Shown: positions 22,178 to 32,191, counted from the first letter of the stretch. The stretch is 64,000 nucleotides of DNA from Candidatus Bathyarchaeota archaeon (GCA_963733095.1 CAVTBV010000013.1:96001-160000), one strand, 5' to 3'. The notes: generated by a model from the sequence alone, not told the origin. Numbers and translations are program-made.

Positions 22178-23352
22178 CATTGTGCGCTCCTGTAGATATG
22201 AACTGCTGCCGTGGCTCCTGAACCACCGACATTATGGGTTAAGCCGACTTTTGCATCCTTTACTTGGCGTTTATCCGCCTGTCCTGTCAGTTGAAGGTAC
22301 ATTTCGTAGGCTTGTGCGGTACCTGTTGCGCCGACTGGGTGACCCTTAGCTTTTAAGCCTCCGCTGGTGTTAACTGGGATTCTTCCGCCAAGTCGGGTTG
22401 CGCCGCTTTCTATGAATTTTCCGCTTTCTCCAGGTTTGCAGATGCCGAGGTCTTCATATGCCATGAGTTCTGCGAAGGTGAAGCAGTCATGGACTTCTGC
22501 CAAGTTCACTTGTTGCGGGGTTATTTGTGCCATTTCATAGGCGTTTTTTGCCGCTAACTTTGTGGCGTTTAGTGATGTGAGGCTTTTACGTTGGTATAAG
22601 CCGATGGTGTCGCTGGCTTGTCCGCTGCCAACGATGTGCACTGGCTGGTCAGTGTATTTTCCTGCGAGTTCAGGTTTGGTTAAGATTATGCAGCTTGCGC
22701 CGTCAGTTATAAGCGAACAATCGTAGAGTTTAAGGGGCCATGCGACGTAACGTGATGACATGACAGTTTCAAGGGTGATTTCTTTTTGCATGTGCGCTTT
22801 GGGGTTCATGCTGCCGTGGTAGTGGTTTTTGATGGCTGCCAAAGCAATTTGCTGCTCCGTAGTGCCGTAAGCATGCATGTGCGCAGTCGCCATCAAAGCA
22901 AACAACCCTGGAAAAGTGATTCCGTGCCACTGCTCAAAGGGATAGTCCGAAGCCATAGCGAGGTATTCTGTTACTTCAGCTGTGGTGCGATGCGTCATCT
23001 TTTCAACGCCGCCAACAACAACCACATCTGCCAATCCTGACAAAACAGCGTAGATTCCTGACCTGAGCGCTGCACCTGAAGATGCACATGCGGCTTCAGT
23101 TCGGGTTGCTGGAATACCTGTTAATCCTGCCCAATCTGCGATGGCGCTTCCTGTGTGCCCTTGGTGCTCGTAGGCTTCACCCATGTGCCCGATGAAAATG
23201 GCTTTGATGTCTTTTTTTGGTTCAAGCTTGGGGCAGCGACTAAACGCTTCATAGGCGGCTTGGGAGAAGATTTCTCTTGTTAGTAAGCCGTCGTGTTTGC
23301 CAAACTTGGACATGCCAGCGCTGATTATGCTGACGAGCGGTTTCCCATTCAA
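22177..23352 (-). CDS. Archaeal-type thiolase (acetyl-CoA acetyltransferase)
   Basis: EAACASSG, EVHDCFT, NTSGGLKAKGHPVGATG and HNVGG motifs. Confidence 0.92.
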   Translation of the reverse strand: MNGKPLVSIISAGMSKFGKHDGLLTREIFSQAAYEAFSRCPKLEPKKDIKAIFIGHMGEAYEHQGHTGSAIADWAGLTGIPATRTEAACASSGAALRSGIYAVLSGLADVVVVGGVEKMTHRTTAEVTEYLAMASDYPFEQWHGITFPGLFALMATAHMHAYGTTEQQIALAAIKNHYHGSMNPKAHMQKEITLETVMSSRYVAWPLKLYDCSLITDGASCIILTKPELAGKYTDQPVHIVGSGQASDTIGLYQRKSLTSLNATKLAAKNAYEMAQITPQQVNLAEVHDCFTFAELMAYEDLGICKPGESGKFIESGATRLGGRIPVNTSGGLKAKGHPVGATGTAQAYEMYLQLTGQADKRQVKDAKVGLTHNVGGSGATAAVHIYRSAQ

Positions 23353-23552
23353 ACCCCATGTACCTCTTTAATTGCTATACATTGATGCCAAGCCAGAATA
23401 AAAACCACATCATAATTTCTCCCTCTCAATGCCCATACAATTCAGGGAAATGCCTTTTTTGTGATAGTTGTATCATATTGCCTAAAAATTATCTCGACTC
23501 ACCATTAAAGGAAATATTAAGATTAAAAAATTTTTTGAGATTGGGTGAACGC

Positions 23553-24524
23553 TTAGAGCCCAAACACATAGATTCTTAACGCCAAAACAGGCACCACAAC
23601 GACTAACCCGAACAATGCAGCTGTCACAGTCATGACACGTAGAGCTTTTGGAATATGTTCATGCGATATTCCATGGTCGTCGCCAAGGGTGTAGTGCCCT
23701 TGTTTTTCAAGTTGGATGTTTAAGGCTCCAGCCATAGCTGAGATTGTGAAGCCAGCGTTTGGGCTTGCAGTCTTGTGTTTATCACGTTGTAAGATGCGAT
23801 ACGATTCTCGCCAATCCTCGCGTAACAGGAAAGATGCAGCAACCATAAGGTAAGAGGTTACTCTTGCAGGAATGTAGTTGGCTATTGTGTCTAGGTTTGC
23901 TGAGAACCAGCCGATATTGCGGTTTTCCACGTTCTTGTAGCCAACCATCGAATCCAACGTGTTCACAACGCGATAAGCAAAAGCGCCTGGAACACCAAAA
24001 AACGCAAAAAAGAAGAACGGCGCAGTTATCCCATCAGTTGTGCTTTCGGCGATGGATTCGACGGCGGCAGAAATAATCTGACGCTCATTGAGGCTGTTTG
24101 GGTCCCGCCGAACAATGTAGGGCAACCATTTTCGTGCCACAACCAAATCGTTCTGTTTCAAGGCTTTTGCGATGGGTATGGTGTATTGCCCCATGCCTCT
24201 AATTGCGAAGGTTGCTTTAAACAGGATTGCGCCAACGACTATGTAGAGGATTTCTCCGTAGGGCAGGGTTATTAGCCAGAAAAGGAGCAGAAACACCGGA
24301 AGCTCAACAACCAGCATTATTGTTATCACCATTAAAACCCCGTTTACTTTCTCTACACTGGGATTGGCGTTTTTGGATTTGTGTTTGAGGTACGAAATCA
24401 TTTTTCCTATGCCGATGGTCGGATGAATCCTATCGGGGTACTCTCCAAAAACCATGTCAATCAAAAAAGCTAACGCAAAAATCAAAACGGAATCAGCAAG
24501 CAGTGAGATGTCAAGGATAAACAT
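23553..24524 (-). CDS. cbiB: Adenosylcobinamide-phosphate synthase CbiB
   Basis: GEYPDRIHP, AVESIAES, YRVVNTLDSMVGY and SPNAG motifs. Confidence 0.92.
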   Translation of the reverse strand: MFILDISLLADSVLIFALAFLIDMVFGEYPDRIHPTIGIGKMISYLKHKSKNANPSVEKVNGVLMVITIMLVVELPVFLLLFWLITLPYGEILYIVVGAILFKATFAIRGMGQYTIPIAKALKQNDLVVARKWLPYIVRRDPNSLNERQIISAAVESIAESTTDGITAPFFFFAFFGVPGAFAYRVVNTLDSMVGYKNVENRNIGWFSANLDTIANYIPARVTSYLMVAASFLLREDWRESYRILQRDKHKTASPNAGFTISAMAGALNIQLEKQGHYTLGDDHGISHEHIPKALRVMTVTAALFGLVVVVPVLALRIYVFGL

Positions 24525-24534
24525 AGGTCACGAC

Positions 24535-25665
24535 TCAAACTGCCTTTACTGTCCGCTTTAATGCTTCAATCAACCGCTCATTTTCCACATGGGTTTTGAC
24601 GGCGACCCGAACATAAAATTCATTCAGCCCCTTAAAGGAGGTGCAGTCCCGAATCAGAATACCCTGTTTTAGCATTTTATTTTTCATTTCCGCCGCAGTT
24701 AACCCAGACCCCTCAATGTTGATGAAGAAAAAGTTGGCGTCTGGCTCAGAAAACTTGAACGGTCGAAATTTGCCCAGTTCGTCCTGTAACCATGCTTTTT
24801 CTTTTTTAATGAGTTCGTGCGTAACACGCAGATGCTCCTCGTCTTTCAACGCCGCCACAGCAGCTTCCTGTGCTAGACAGTTGACATTCCACGGAATCTT
24901 TGCACAAGAGATCACATTTATGATTTCAGTATTGGCTATGCCATAACCAACGCGCAAGCCTGTTAACCCAAAAATTTTGGTAAATGACCGCAAGATGAAG
25001 AGGTTAGGGTATTTTTTGATTTTTCCAATCATGGTGAGGTTTTTTTCGTCTTCTACGAACTCTAAAAAGTCTTCATCGAGGAAAACCAGCGTATCCTGTT
25101 CCATCGCGGATTCGATGATGTTTGTTAGTGTTTGTTGTGGGATGAGCATACTTGTGGGGTTGTTGGGGTTGCACAGGAAAACAATTTTTGCTCCAGACAT
25201 TTCACGTTTAAACGCATCAGATTCTATGGTGAAGTTTTTGTCTAATTTGATAAATTTGGGGGCTTCCCCGGTCTTGAGAACTGCGCTCTCGTATTCTCCA
25301 AAGGTTGGTGCTGGCATAACTGCTTTGTCGCCATTCTTAAGGAAAGCCTCTGCAAAAAGGTACATCAATTCCGTGGAGCCGTTTCCAATCACAACGTTGC
25401 CTTTAGTGATTCCGAAGTGGCTTGCAATAACCTGCCTAAGCTTATTCGAGTTTGTATCTGGATAAGCTGCGATTTGGCTGAAGGCTTTTTTGGCTGCATC
25501 AAGCGCTTTTTTTGATGGCCCCAGCGGGTTTACGCTTGAGCTAAAATCTAAAATATCCTGCGGTAAAAGCCCGCTTTCCTCTGCGGCACCTAAAACTTCG
25601 GCGCCATGGACGCATGGCTTGAGATTTTTCACGTTATCCCTGACTAGGCTCTCAATGGGCTTCAT
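24535..25665 (-). CDS. cobD: L-threonine-O-3-phosphate decarboxylase (CobD) / HisC-like PLP enzyme
   Basis: HG...DFSSSVNPLG, CNPNNPT and RSFTKIFGLTGLRVGY; adjacent to cbiB. Confidence 0.8.
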   Translation of the reverse strand: MKPIESLVRDNVKNLKPCVHGAEVLGAAEESGLLPQDILDFSSSVNPLGPSKKALDAAKKAFSQIAAYPDTNSNKLRQVIASHFGITKGNVVIGNGSTELMYLFAEAFLKNGDKAVMPAPTFGEYESAVLKTGEAPKFIKLDKNFTIESDAFKREMSGAKIVFLCNPNNPTSMLIPQQTLTNIIESAMEQDTLVFLDEDFLEFVEDEKNLTMIGKIKKYPNLFILRSFTKIFGLTGLRVGYGIANTEIINVISCAKIPWNVNCLAQEAAVAALKDEEHLRVTHELIKKEKAWLQDELGKFRPFKFSEPDANFFFINIEGSGLTAAEMKNKMLKQGILIRDCTSFKGLNEFYVRVAVKTHVENERLIEALKRTVKAV

Positions 25666-25835
25666 TGTGTTTTTCCTTCAGTTTTGCCGCTAAATTATAG
25701 GGTTTCTTTTTGACGTTAATCATATAAATGTTTGGTTGGATATTCCATCCAAAAGACTTTTCAGCAAAAGGCTTTTTGAGAAGGCAAAACAATGGTATAA
25801 GTTATAAGTTGATAGTTATTGCAAGGATGATTTTG

Positions 25836-26018
25836 TTGACTGACAAATTAGACAAACACAAAATCCAAGAACTAAGAGAGATGATAGAGCAAAGAGCCCC
25901 TGACCAGCCAGTCGAGAAAGTTCTCGCAATATTCTGCGAACGACATGCACTTTCTCCTGAAACATGCATGTACTACTATAACCTATTAGTTAAAGAGGGA
26001 GTCATTAAAGAAAAATAA
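25836..26018 (+). CDS. Small hypothetical protein
   Basis: 60-aa helical ORF with upstream TATA and RBS-like aggatga; TTG start inferred. Confidence 0.55.
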   Translation: MTDKLDKHKIQELREMIEQRAPDQPVEKVLAIFCERHALSPETCMYYYNLLVKEGVIKEK

Positions 26019-26059
26019 CTTTAAGTTTTAAACTCTTAATTACTGTGCAGGGTCCAGCG

Positions 26060-26857
26060 TTGAACGAACTTGTCTTCATAGGTTTAGGGTTAAACGACGA
26101 GAAAGGCATTACTGTCAAGGGTTTAGAAGAAACCAAATCAGCGGATGACGTGTTCATGGAAACCTACACGAGTCTTATGCCCGACTTCTCCATGGAGCGC
26201 TTTGAGGCCTTATGCGGCAAGAAAATACAAGTGTTGTCCAGGCGTGACCTTGAAGAAGAAAATGGAACCCAAATTCTCCAAGCTGCCAAAGTAGGTAAAG
26301 CAGTGTTCCTGGTTCCTGGCGACCCATTCATCGCAACAACCCACGTTATCCTGCGGATTGATGCTGAAAAGCTGGGAATAAAAACCCGAGTGATCCATGG
26401 CACCTCTATAATGTCGGCAATCGTTAGCTTATCAGGTTTACATAATTATAAATTTGGAAAAACCGTCACCGTTCCATTTTCCGAGAACTTTTCCGAAACG
26501 CCCTACAATGTCATCGCCCAAAACAAAAAGATGGGGTTGCATACTCTCTGCCTTTTAGATTTGAAGGCTAAAGAAAACCTGTTTTTAAAAATTAACCAAG
26601 CCATCCAAGTGCTAGCAGAAGTTGAAGGGAAAAAGAAGCAAGGAATAATCACTCCTGAAACGGTTGCAGTTGGAATCGCACGGGCAGGCGGCAACAACCC
26701 TACATTAAAAGCAGATTACATCAAAGATTTGGTAAACTATGATTTTGGGGAACCGCCATATAGCCTGATTTTTCCTGGAGATTTGCATTTTATGGAGGTT
26801 GATTCATTGATTGCGTTTGCAGGAGCACCAGCTGATTTTAGGAGGCTTGCCAAATAA
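26060..26857 (+). CDS. dph5: Diphthine synthase
   Basis: FIGLGL, ETYTS, PGDPFIATTH, YKFGKTVT and GLHTLCLLD motifs. Confidence 0.95.
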   Translation: MNELVFIGLGLNDEKGITVKGLEETKSADDVFMETYTSLMPDFSMERFEALCGKKIQVLSRRDLEEENGTQILQAAKVGKAVFLVPGDPFIATTHVILRIDAEKLGIKTRVIHGTSIMSAIVSLSGLHNYKFGKTVTVPFSENFSETPYNVIAQNKKMGLHTLCLLDLKAKENLFLKINQAIQVLAEVEGKKKQGIITPETVAVGIARAGGNNPTLKADYIKDLVNYDFGEPPYSLIFPGDLHFMEVDSLIAFAGAPADFRRLAK

Positions 26858-27141
26858 GTTTAGAAACACTAACTACCAAGTACATTTCAATGGCTGAGAA
26901 AGTCTTCCGCGAACTCAAAAAAACCCAAACACCCATCGGTCTAACAGAGGCGATGGTTTCTTCTGTTTTGAGTTATGCCTCTGATTATTTGGAAGATGCA
27001 AAGTATTATAAGGTTCAGGGTAACCTTGAAACCAGCTTAACCTCGGTAGCTTACTGTGAAGGGCTACTTGATGCGTTAAGGTTAATCGGCGCTGTGAAAT
27101 TTGAATGGCCAACAAACAAAGAAAACAAAAAGTTGTATTAG
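26854..27141 (+). CDS. DUF357 domain protein
   Basis: YASDYLEDAKYY...SVAYCEGLLDALRLIG. The frame is open from ATA at 26854; the first ATG is at 26890. Confidence 0.8.
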   Translation: MSLETLTTKYISMAEKVFRELKKTQTPIGLTEAMVSSVLSYASDYLEDAKYYKVQGNLETSLTSVAYCEGLLDALRLIGAVKFEWPTNKENKKLY

Positions 27142-27563
27142 CTTCAGGCGTTTTTGACTTGCTGCATTTGGGGCATGTCCGGTTTCTGGAAGCAGCCAAG
27201 AAAGCAGGTGGACCAAAAGCTAAACTCATAGTTATTGTCGCCAGAGACAGCACCGTTGAGAAAACCAAGGGAAGAAAACCTATAATGTCTGAGGATCAGC
27301 GCTGTGCACTCGTTGAGTCATTGAGGGTTGTAGATGAATCAGTCCTTGGTTATGAAGACATGGACATCGGCGAAGTCATTGGCAAAGTTAAGCCAGATAT
27401 AATCGCTTTAGGCTATGACCAAGCAGACATGGAGATGGAAGTTAAAACATACATTGCAAAGCATGAATTGCCAGTTGAGGTTGTTAGAATCGACAAGTTT
27501 GCGGAGAATGCTTTAGATAGTTCATCCAAGATTAAACAGAAAATAATCGATAAACTCACCTAA
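27105..27563 (+). CDS. ribL: FAD synthase (cytidyltransferase-like)
   Basis: GVFDLLHLGH, VIVARD and PDIIALGYDQ motifs. Confidence 0.88.
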   Translation: MANKQRKQKVVLASGVFDLLHLGHVRFLEAAKKAGGPKAKLIVIVARDSTVEKTKGRKPIMSEDQRCALVESLRVVDESVLGYEDMDIGEVIGKVKPDIIALGYDQADMEMEVKTYIAKHELPVEVVRIDKFAENALDSSSKIKQKIIDKLT

Positions 27564-27578
27564 TAAGGTTTGCAGGCT

Positions 27579-28193
27579 ATGGGTTGTGAGAAGTATAAGC
27601 CAACGTACATTCTGATTGCGTTAAACGTAGCCATCTATATCATAGGCGCAATCGTCGGAGGAGACGCGATCCAAACAACCCCCAATATCTATGTTCACTG
27701 GGGACAAGTTAACGGCTTAGTATTGTATGAAGGCGCCTACTACCAACTGCTCACATCCATGTTCATCCACGCCTCAATATTCCACCTATTTGGTAACATG
27801 CTCTTTCTGCTCATTTTCGGATTAAGAGGCGAAGAAATGTTCTCATTGCCTGAATATCTCGGCATCTACCTTCTTGGCGGGTTAGCGGGCAACCTTCTGT
27901 ACTTAGAGTTTGGACCCCTCAACGTAGCAGGCATAGGAGCTTCGGGCGCAATATTTGCACTTTTTGGAGCATGTGTGATTTACGACAGGCGGTCTGTGAG
28001 GCAATCAATTCTGGGCGGATTGGTTTTCGCGTTCTTTCTGTTCTTCATTAACGTGGAGCCAGGCGTTAACATTTTGGCACACTTAGGTGGCTTAGTCTTC
28101 GGTTTAGTGGCTGGTTACTTGATAGCTTCCCGACGTAAGCCCAAATATGAGCGGACTCAGTTCAGGTATAGGCAATCTAACTTGCCATTTTAG
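27579..28193 (+). CDS. Rhomboid intramembrane serine protease
   Basis: HLFGNM, GASGA and AHLGG motifs. Confidence 0.92.
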   Translation: MGCEKYKPTYILIALNVAIYIIGAIVGGDAIQTTPNIYVHWGQVNGLVLYEGAYYQLLTSMFIHASIFHLFGNMLFLLIFGLRGEEMFSLPEYLGIYLLGGLAGNLLYLEFGPLNVAGIGASGAIFALFGACVIYDRRSVRQSILGGLVFAFFLFFINVEPGVNILAHLGGLVFGLVAGYLIASRRKPKYERTQFRYRQSNLPF

Positions 28194-28882
28194 CTGCTTT
28201 GAGTGAAGATTTCCACTTTTACTTTGTTGCTGTCTTTTATGCACAGAGCTTTTCGAAGGCATACAGGCGCAATTATTTCTAAAACTGAAGCGTCGTAGTG
28301 GCTACGCAAAGCCGTTATCAACGCACCTTTAACTTCGCCGTCGATGACTGCAGGGTAAGCTTTTACTAAGCCAAACGTGCGATCCTCGTTTTTGAAGCCT
28401 TTAACTTCAATCGCCGGGTACGCGTCAAGTTCCATGCGAGTCTTAACGTCATAATCCGTTTGCAGTTTCAGGTTAAGAGTGCCGGGATAAGGTTCAAACC
28501 CTAACTTTTCAACAATTTGGCCCCGATAATGCTCCTTTCCTATGTAGTAAGCGCCCTCACCTAAACCCGTGAAGACTGTTCCCTCCAAAGTAACAGAGGG
28601 CGGATAAGATTTCTCCATCAAAACCTTGAGTTCAGAATACAATTTCTGCAGCTCTTTGGTGCCTTGCTCTTCAATCTTGATCAGGCTACCGTCTGGAGTA
28701 ATGTTACGGTTTATCCAGCTTTTGCGTTCAAGCTCGATTAGGTAGCGTGAGGCGGTCTGCTGGGAAATACAAAGTTTTTTGGCTAGGTATTCAGTTGAGA
28801 TTTTGGCGGTTCGCCTGTAAGCGCCCATCTCGGCGAGTTTTAGGAGCATGTAGAGATGTTGCCACTGCTGTTTCTCGGTCAA
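28190..28882 (-). CDS. ribK: CTP-dependent riboflavin kinase with N-terminal wHTH
   Basis: SQQTASRYLIELE HTH; GLGEGAYY, PYPGTLN and LEIIAPVCLR motifs. Confidence 0.92.
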   Translation of the reverse strand: MTEKQQWQHLYMLLKLAEMGAYRRTAKISTEYLAKKLCISQQTASRYLIELERKSWINRNITPDGSLIKIEEQGTKELQKLYSELKVLMEKSYPPSVTLEGTVFTGLGEGAYYIGKEHYRGQIVEKLGFEPYPGTLNLKLQTDYDVKTRMELDAYPAIEVKGFKNEDRTFGLVKAYPAVIDGEVKGALITALRSHYDASVLEIIAPVCLRKALCIKDSNKVKVEIFTQSS

Positions 28883-28927
28883 TGCATGGTTCTCCAGTAG
28901 CTTAGAAAATGGCTGGTTGAATATTTA

Positions 28928-28950
28928 AGCGGCTCGAAACCAAACCGCTT
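28928..28950. repeat. Left att-like imperfect palindrome
   Basis: agcggctc-GAAACC-aaaccgct(t), overlapping the ribK promoter region. Confidence 0.65.
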
Positions 28951-29065
28951 GTTTTTTCCTCGATTCTGGTGGTTTATTTTTTTTAACCAATGAAGTCTTT
29001 TAGTTTTTTATTAGTCTTCTTTCGATTACAAGTGACCTTGGTTTACAAAGTACCAAACACATTCG

Positions 29066-29260
29066 ATGACTGATTATCTCCTTAAAATTGTCCTTGACAA
29101 TCCAGAATTGTTTCCTGAGATTGCCCAGCTTACAAATTATCAGACCAAAACAAAAAATAGCAAAGCTGAATTGACAGAGCTTTTTGGAAAGTACGATAAC
29201 GAAGTAACCACACAAATATTGAGCAGAGGTGACCAAGGACTTAATCCCATCCTCTTTTAA
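29066..29260 (+). pseudogene. Short orphan ORF or gene fragment
   Basis: 64-aa ORF with no recognisable motif at the island's left end. Confidence 0.3.
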
Positions 29261-29357
29261 AGAAAACATTATAGACCATTTATAACTACAGATGATCTAA
29301 CCAAAAAAAAGAAGCCTCCAAAAAAAGAAAAAGAGAGTATGTTCTATTATTATGTTA

Positions 29358-29756
29358 TTATTTTTCTGGTCTTTCAAGCAGTTCTATATAGCCAAAAACA
29401 GGCAGTTCCAAATCTTCTCGTCTATATCCTTTGAACGCAACGTGTTTTTCCCATCTGTCAGGGTCTACCAGAACAGTTCTGTGGTCAACGTAGATTAGTT
29501 TTTCAAAGGGAACGATTTTTTCAGAAACTTCTTTGTCGGGTAATTCTTCGCCAAGCTTACATCTTTCCATTGCCCAACGTTTAGCTTCTTCTTCAGTCAA
29601 TTTGAAACCGCTAATAGTATCAATTCCTATTTCCTCATTCAGTATCCAATCTTCTACGTGACCTTTGAGTTGATGCACATGCCCTGTTTTGGAATATTCT
29701 TCAAGGTCGATGTCCCTATTGTCATCTATGACTAATAACAGATAGATTTTGTTCAT
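29358..29756 (-). CDS. Hypothetical protein (island)
   Basis: 132-aa acidic ORF with upstream BRE/TATA-like sequence and a downstream T-tract. Confidence 0.65.
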   Translation of the reverse strand: MNKIYLLLVIDDNRDIDLEEYSKTGHVHQLKGHVEDWILNEEIGIDTISGFKLTEEEAKRWAMERCKLGEELPDKEVSEKIVPFEKLIYVDHRTVLVDPDRWEKHVAFKGYRREDLELPVFGYIELLERPEK

Positions 29757-29866
29757 AATTTCAGCCTAATTGATATTCTACTCAATGCAGAATTAAGACT
29801 TTTTGTTTCGCACTGATTAGGTTCATAGCCTTAAACTGCAATAAGTCACAAGTCTACGCTATTCGC

Positions 29867-29965
29867 TGTTTCGTATGTTAAACTTTTAAGCAATAGGTTG
29901 TTTAGATAGTAGGGGGAAATGTGTGGATAAAAAACCTATTACCGTCGCCGAAGCAGGAAGGTTAG
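29867..29965 (+). repeat. Copy 1 of a ~100-bp promoter + RBS + micro-ORF start
   Basis: tgtttcgtatgttaaacttttaagc...ggggaaatg...aaaaaacctattaccgtcgccgaagcaggaaggttag; similar to 32391-32488. Confidence 0.85.
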
Positions 29966-30036
29966 TCTCACGGAAATTAAAAGGGAGAAAAATCCCACAC
30001 CAAGTTAACAGAACCCATTTTAGTATCCCTCAATAG
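29923..30036 (+). CDS. 37-aa micro-ORF with a KGG/GsiB-like N-terminus
   Basis: VDKKPITVAEAGRLVSRKLKGRKIPHQVNRTHFSIPQ*. Confidence 0.45.
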   Translation: MDKKPITVAEAGRLVSRKLKGRKIPHQVNRTHFSIPQ

Positions 30037-30061
30037 GGGTTATAGAAGAAAAAGATATTGG

Positions 30062-30421
30062 TTATCGGGCTTTTTCGTTGTCTTTTTTCTCTTCAAGTTT
30101 TCTGGCTTCTCTTTGAATCTGTTCTTGAGCATATGCAATCAACAGACACAAACCGTTGTTTGCCACACACATTTCGCTGTCTTTTAATGAAATTGCCATA
30201 TCATAGAAAATGTTTTCAATTTCTTCTTCGGCATCTGGCTGCAACTTTAGTGATGATAAGTCGAGGTGTGTTTCTGCAAAAGGAAATCGCCCCTGCAACT
30301 CTTGAAGTATTGTTCTTTTTTCGCACAACTGCCTAGTCTCTTTTATCGGCATACCTTTTCCTATGTCAACGAGCATGTTCAAATTGAAAGTCAAATAAGT
30401 CAATAGGTTGATTTTTACCAT
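30062..30421 (-). CDS. Hypothetical protein (island)
   Basis: 119-aa ORF with RBS gagggg upstream of the ATG. Confidence 0.55.
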   Translation of the reverse strand: MVKINLLTYLTFNLNMLVDIGKGMPIKETRQLCEKRTILQELQGRFPFAETHLDLSSLKLQPDAEEEIENIFYDMAISLKDSEMCVANNGLCLLIAYAQEQIQREARKLEEKKDNEKAR

Positions 30422-30480
30422 TTATTGGACCCCCTCGCAGTATCATTCGAAGCGATCATTAGTTTACCTATCTTCATGCT

Positions 30481-30684
30481 TCAGCACGCAGAATCTAAAC
30501 AATTAAGCTTTTGTTTTTCGTCCTTCAAAACGAACTTGTAACATTCACAGTTAGGTTTAATACATACTCTATCTAGAAAAATCGAGTGCTCACTTTTAAG
30601 ATGCCCACACGTGCACATTTCATCTTTAATTTTAGCTTTATCCATCAAAATTTCTCTTGTTAAATAAACAACCTTAGCCTTCAA
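30481..30684 (-). CDS. Small Zn-binding virus-like protein
   Basis: CTCGHLKSEH...C...CEC.KF motif. Confidence 0.6.
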   Translation of the reverse strand: MKAKVVYLTREILMDKAKIKDEMCTCGHLKSEHSIFLDRVCIKPNCECYKFVLKDEKQKLNCLDSAC

Positions 30685-30690
30685 AAAGCT

Positions 30691-30888
30691 TTAGGTGTGG
30701 TTATAATTAAATTTTAGTACTGATAACAAAAAAGAAAGAATACAAAAACCTCGTGTAATTATATTACACACTCTATCAGCCCTATTAAAATAGGCAATTT
30801 TATTGTATGTTCCATTTATAGGCTTAAAAAAAGGTAGTGTTACTACTACGTAACCTAGGAAACTAAACGTAACATATTTTTCACCCAA
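30691..30888 (-). CDS. Small hydrophobic hypothetical protein
   Basis: 65-aa ORF packed between co-oriented neighbours. Confidence 0.35.
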   Translation of the reverse strand: MGEKYVTFSFLGYVVVTLPFFKPINGTYNKIAYFNRADRVCNIITRGFCILSFLLSVLKFNYNHT

Positions 30889-30905
30889 AAGAGTGTCTCT
30901 ATTCT

Positions 30906-31082
30906 TTACTTAACAAGTTCGTCACTTGGAACAAGAATTGTGGGATACTCTAGTGAACCACTTGATTTGTTACCTGTTTTCGTGTGACCCTTCGTGCATC
31001 TCATTCCGATTCTTGTTTTGGCTGCATTTTCCCAAATCTTTTCCGTTGGTCCACCACATATTGGGCACTTAAAATCTTTCAT
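30906..31082 (-). CDS. 58-aa Zn-finger protein, absent from the ORF track
   Basis: MKDFKCPICGGPTEKIWENAAKTRIGMRCTKGHTKTG...ELVK*, with a GGTGA RBS upstream. Confidence 0.65.
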   Translation of the reverse strand: MKDFKCPICGGPTEKIWENAAKTRIGMRCTKGHTKTGNKSSGSLEYPTILVPSDELVK

Positions 31083-31212
31083 ATAATTTCACCAAAACCA
31101 AAAAATCAAGAGTGAATAAAACGTAACTGTGTATTTCCAATTTTTTTCTCTCCTTTAGAGTTATGTTGACTTGTTTTCTTAAGTCTTCCTACCAAAGAAA
31201 AAGAGTTAAGGC

Positions 31213-31524
31213 TCAAGTTTTTTTATTCATCTTACGCTCTAACGCTTTATCGTAAGTAAAGTCATAGTCTGTTATCCACTGTTGCCAACTTTTCTTTTTT
31301 ACGGGATCAATATGTTTCGCTATATCTGGGGCTGTCCACAAACACCGGATACACATATTAACAGTTTCAAGGCCATCTTCTTGATCCTCTTTTGCGATTG
31401 TCTTAATTGCAGCTTCCTTTTTTGAATAGAAGCGACCACATAAAGGACACTTAACGTCGCTGAGTTCGCCAACCACTTCTCTAATTTCCCTATTTTGTTT
31501 TCCGTTAGCCTTCTTCTTGGCCAT
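31213..31524 (-). CDS. Zn-finger hypothetical protein
   Basis: CPLC...CIRC; start overlaps the stop of the upstream ORF. Confidence 0.65.
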   Translation of the reverse strand: MAKKKANGKQNREIREVVGELSDVKCPLCGRFYSKKEAAIKTIAKEDQEDGLETVNMCIRCLWTAPDIAKHIDPVKKKSWQQWITDYDFTYDKALERKMNKKT

Positions 31525-31856
31525 TATTTAGCGCCTTCTTTTTCAAGTTTTTCTATAGATTCCGTGAGTTGTTTTTGAAGTTTCTGTAGTGTTGGATGCT
31601 TTGCTAAATTGGGATTTTCTTCTATTAATGGGACCAATTCCGAAAAAGCTTTCTCTAAATAATTTCCTATAACTTCAAGGTATAAATTCCAAAGCTTGGG
31701 CATAAGCATATTGTAGATGTCATCGTCGGTAAATCCTTCTTGACGCATTTTTGTAAAAATATCCGTTTCTACATTATCAATTAGGATGTTTTTAGCTGCT
31801 TTACTTGCTTCTATGAACTCTCTAAAAGTCATTTCAGATGTTTTCTTGCTTATCAT
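31524..31856 (-). CDS. Hypothetical helical protein (island)
   Basis: 110-aa ORF coupled to 31213-31524. Confidence 0.6.
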   Translation of the reverse strand: MISKKTSEMTFREFIEASKAAKNILIDNVETDIFTKMRQEGFTDDDIYNMLMPKLWNLYLEVIGNYLEKAFSELVPLIEENPNLAKHPTLQKLQKQLTESIEKLEKEGAK

Positions 31857-31942
31857 GGTTTAGAGCCTTCGACTTTAGCAAGGAATTGCTTGATTAATTC
31901 CAGATCACTGTTTATTGATTCCTTAATTTGCAACTTTGTTTT

Positions 31943-32191
31943 TTATTTTATTTGAAAAAGGCTTTTTACATCATAAACACTATAATAGGTAGCAGCCTTC
32001 ATTTCGTTATCGTGGAAAGATCTTCGCCTAACCTGTTTGGCTTTGTTAATTGTTTTAGTTTGTTCTGTCGTTAAATTGAAATGTTCTTTAAGAAATTTCA
32101 TTGAAGCATATTCAACATTGTCATATTCGTGGAAGCTATCACGGAAATATTTATCATAACTCAAACCAAAATACCTTTTTACTGTTTTCAC
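31943..32191 (-). CDS. Hypothetical protein (island)
   Basis: 82-aa ORF co-oriented with the cluster. Confidence 0.45.
   Translation of the reverse strand: MKTVKRYFGLSYDKYFRDSFHEYDNVEYASMKFLKEHFNLTTEQTKTINKAKQVRRRSFHDNEMKAATYYSVYDVKSLFQIK

Noticed and set aside
25666-25830. Cobalamin riboswitch upstream of cobD-cbiB
   Set aside because: The region is short and AT-rich with divergent TATA boxes and no B12-box.
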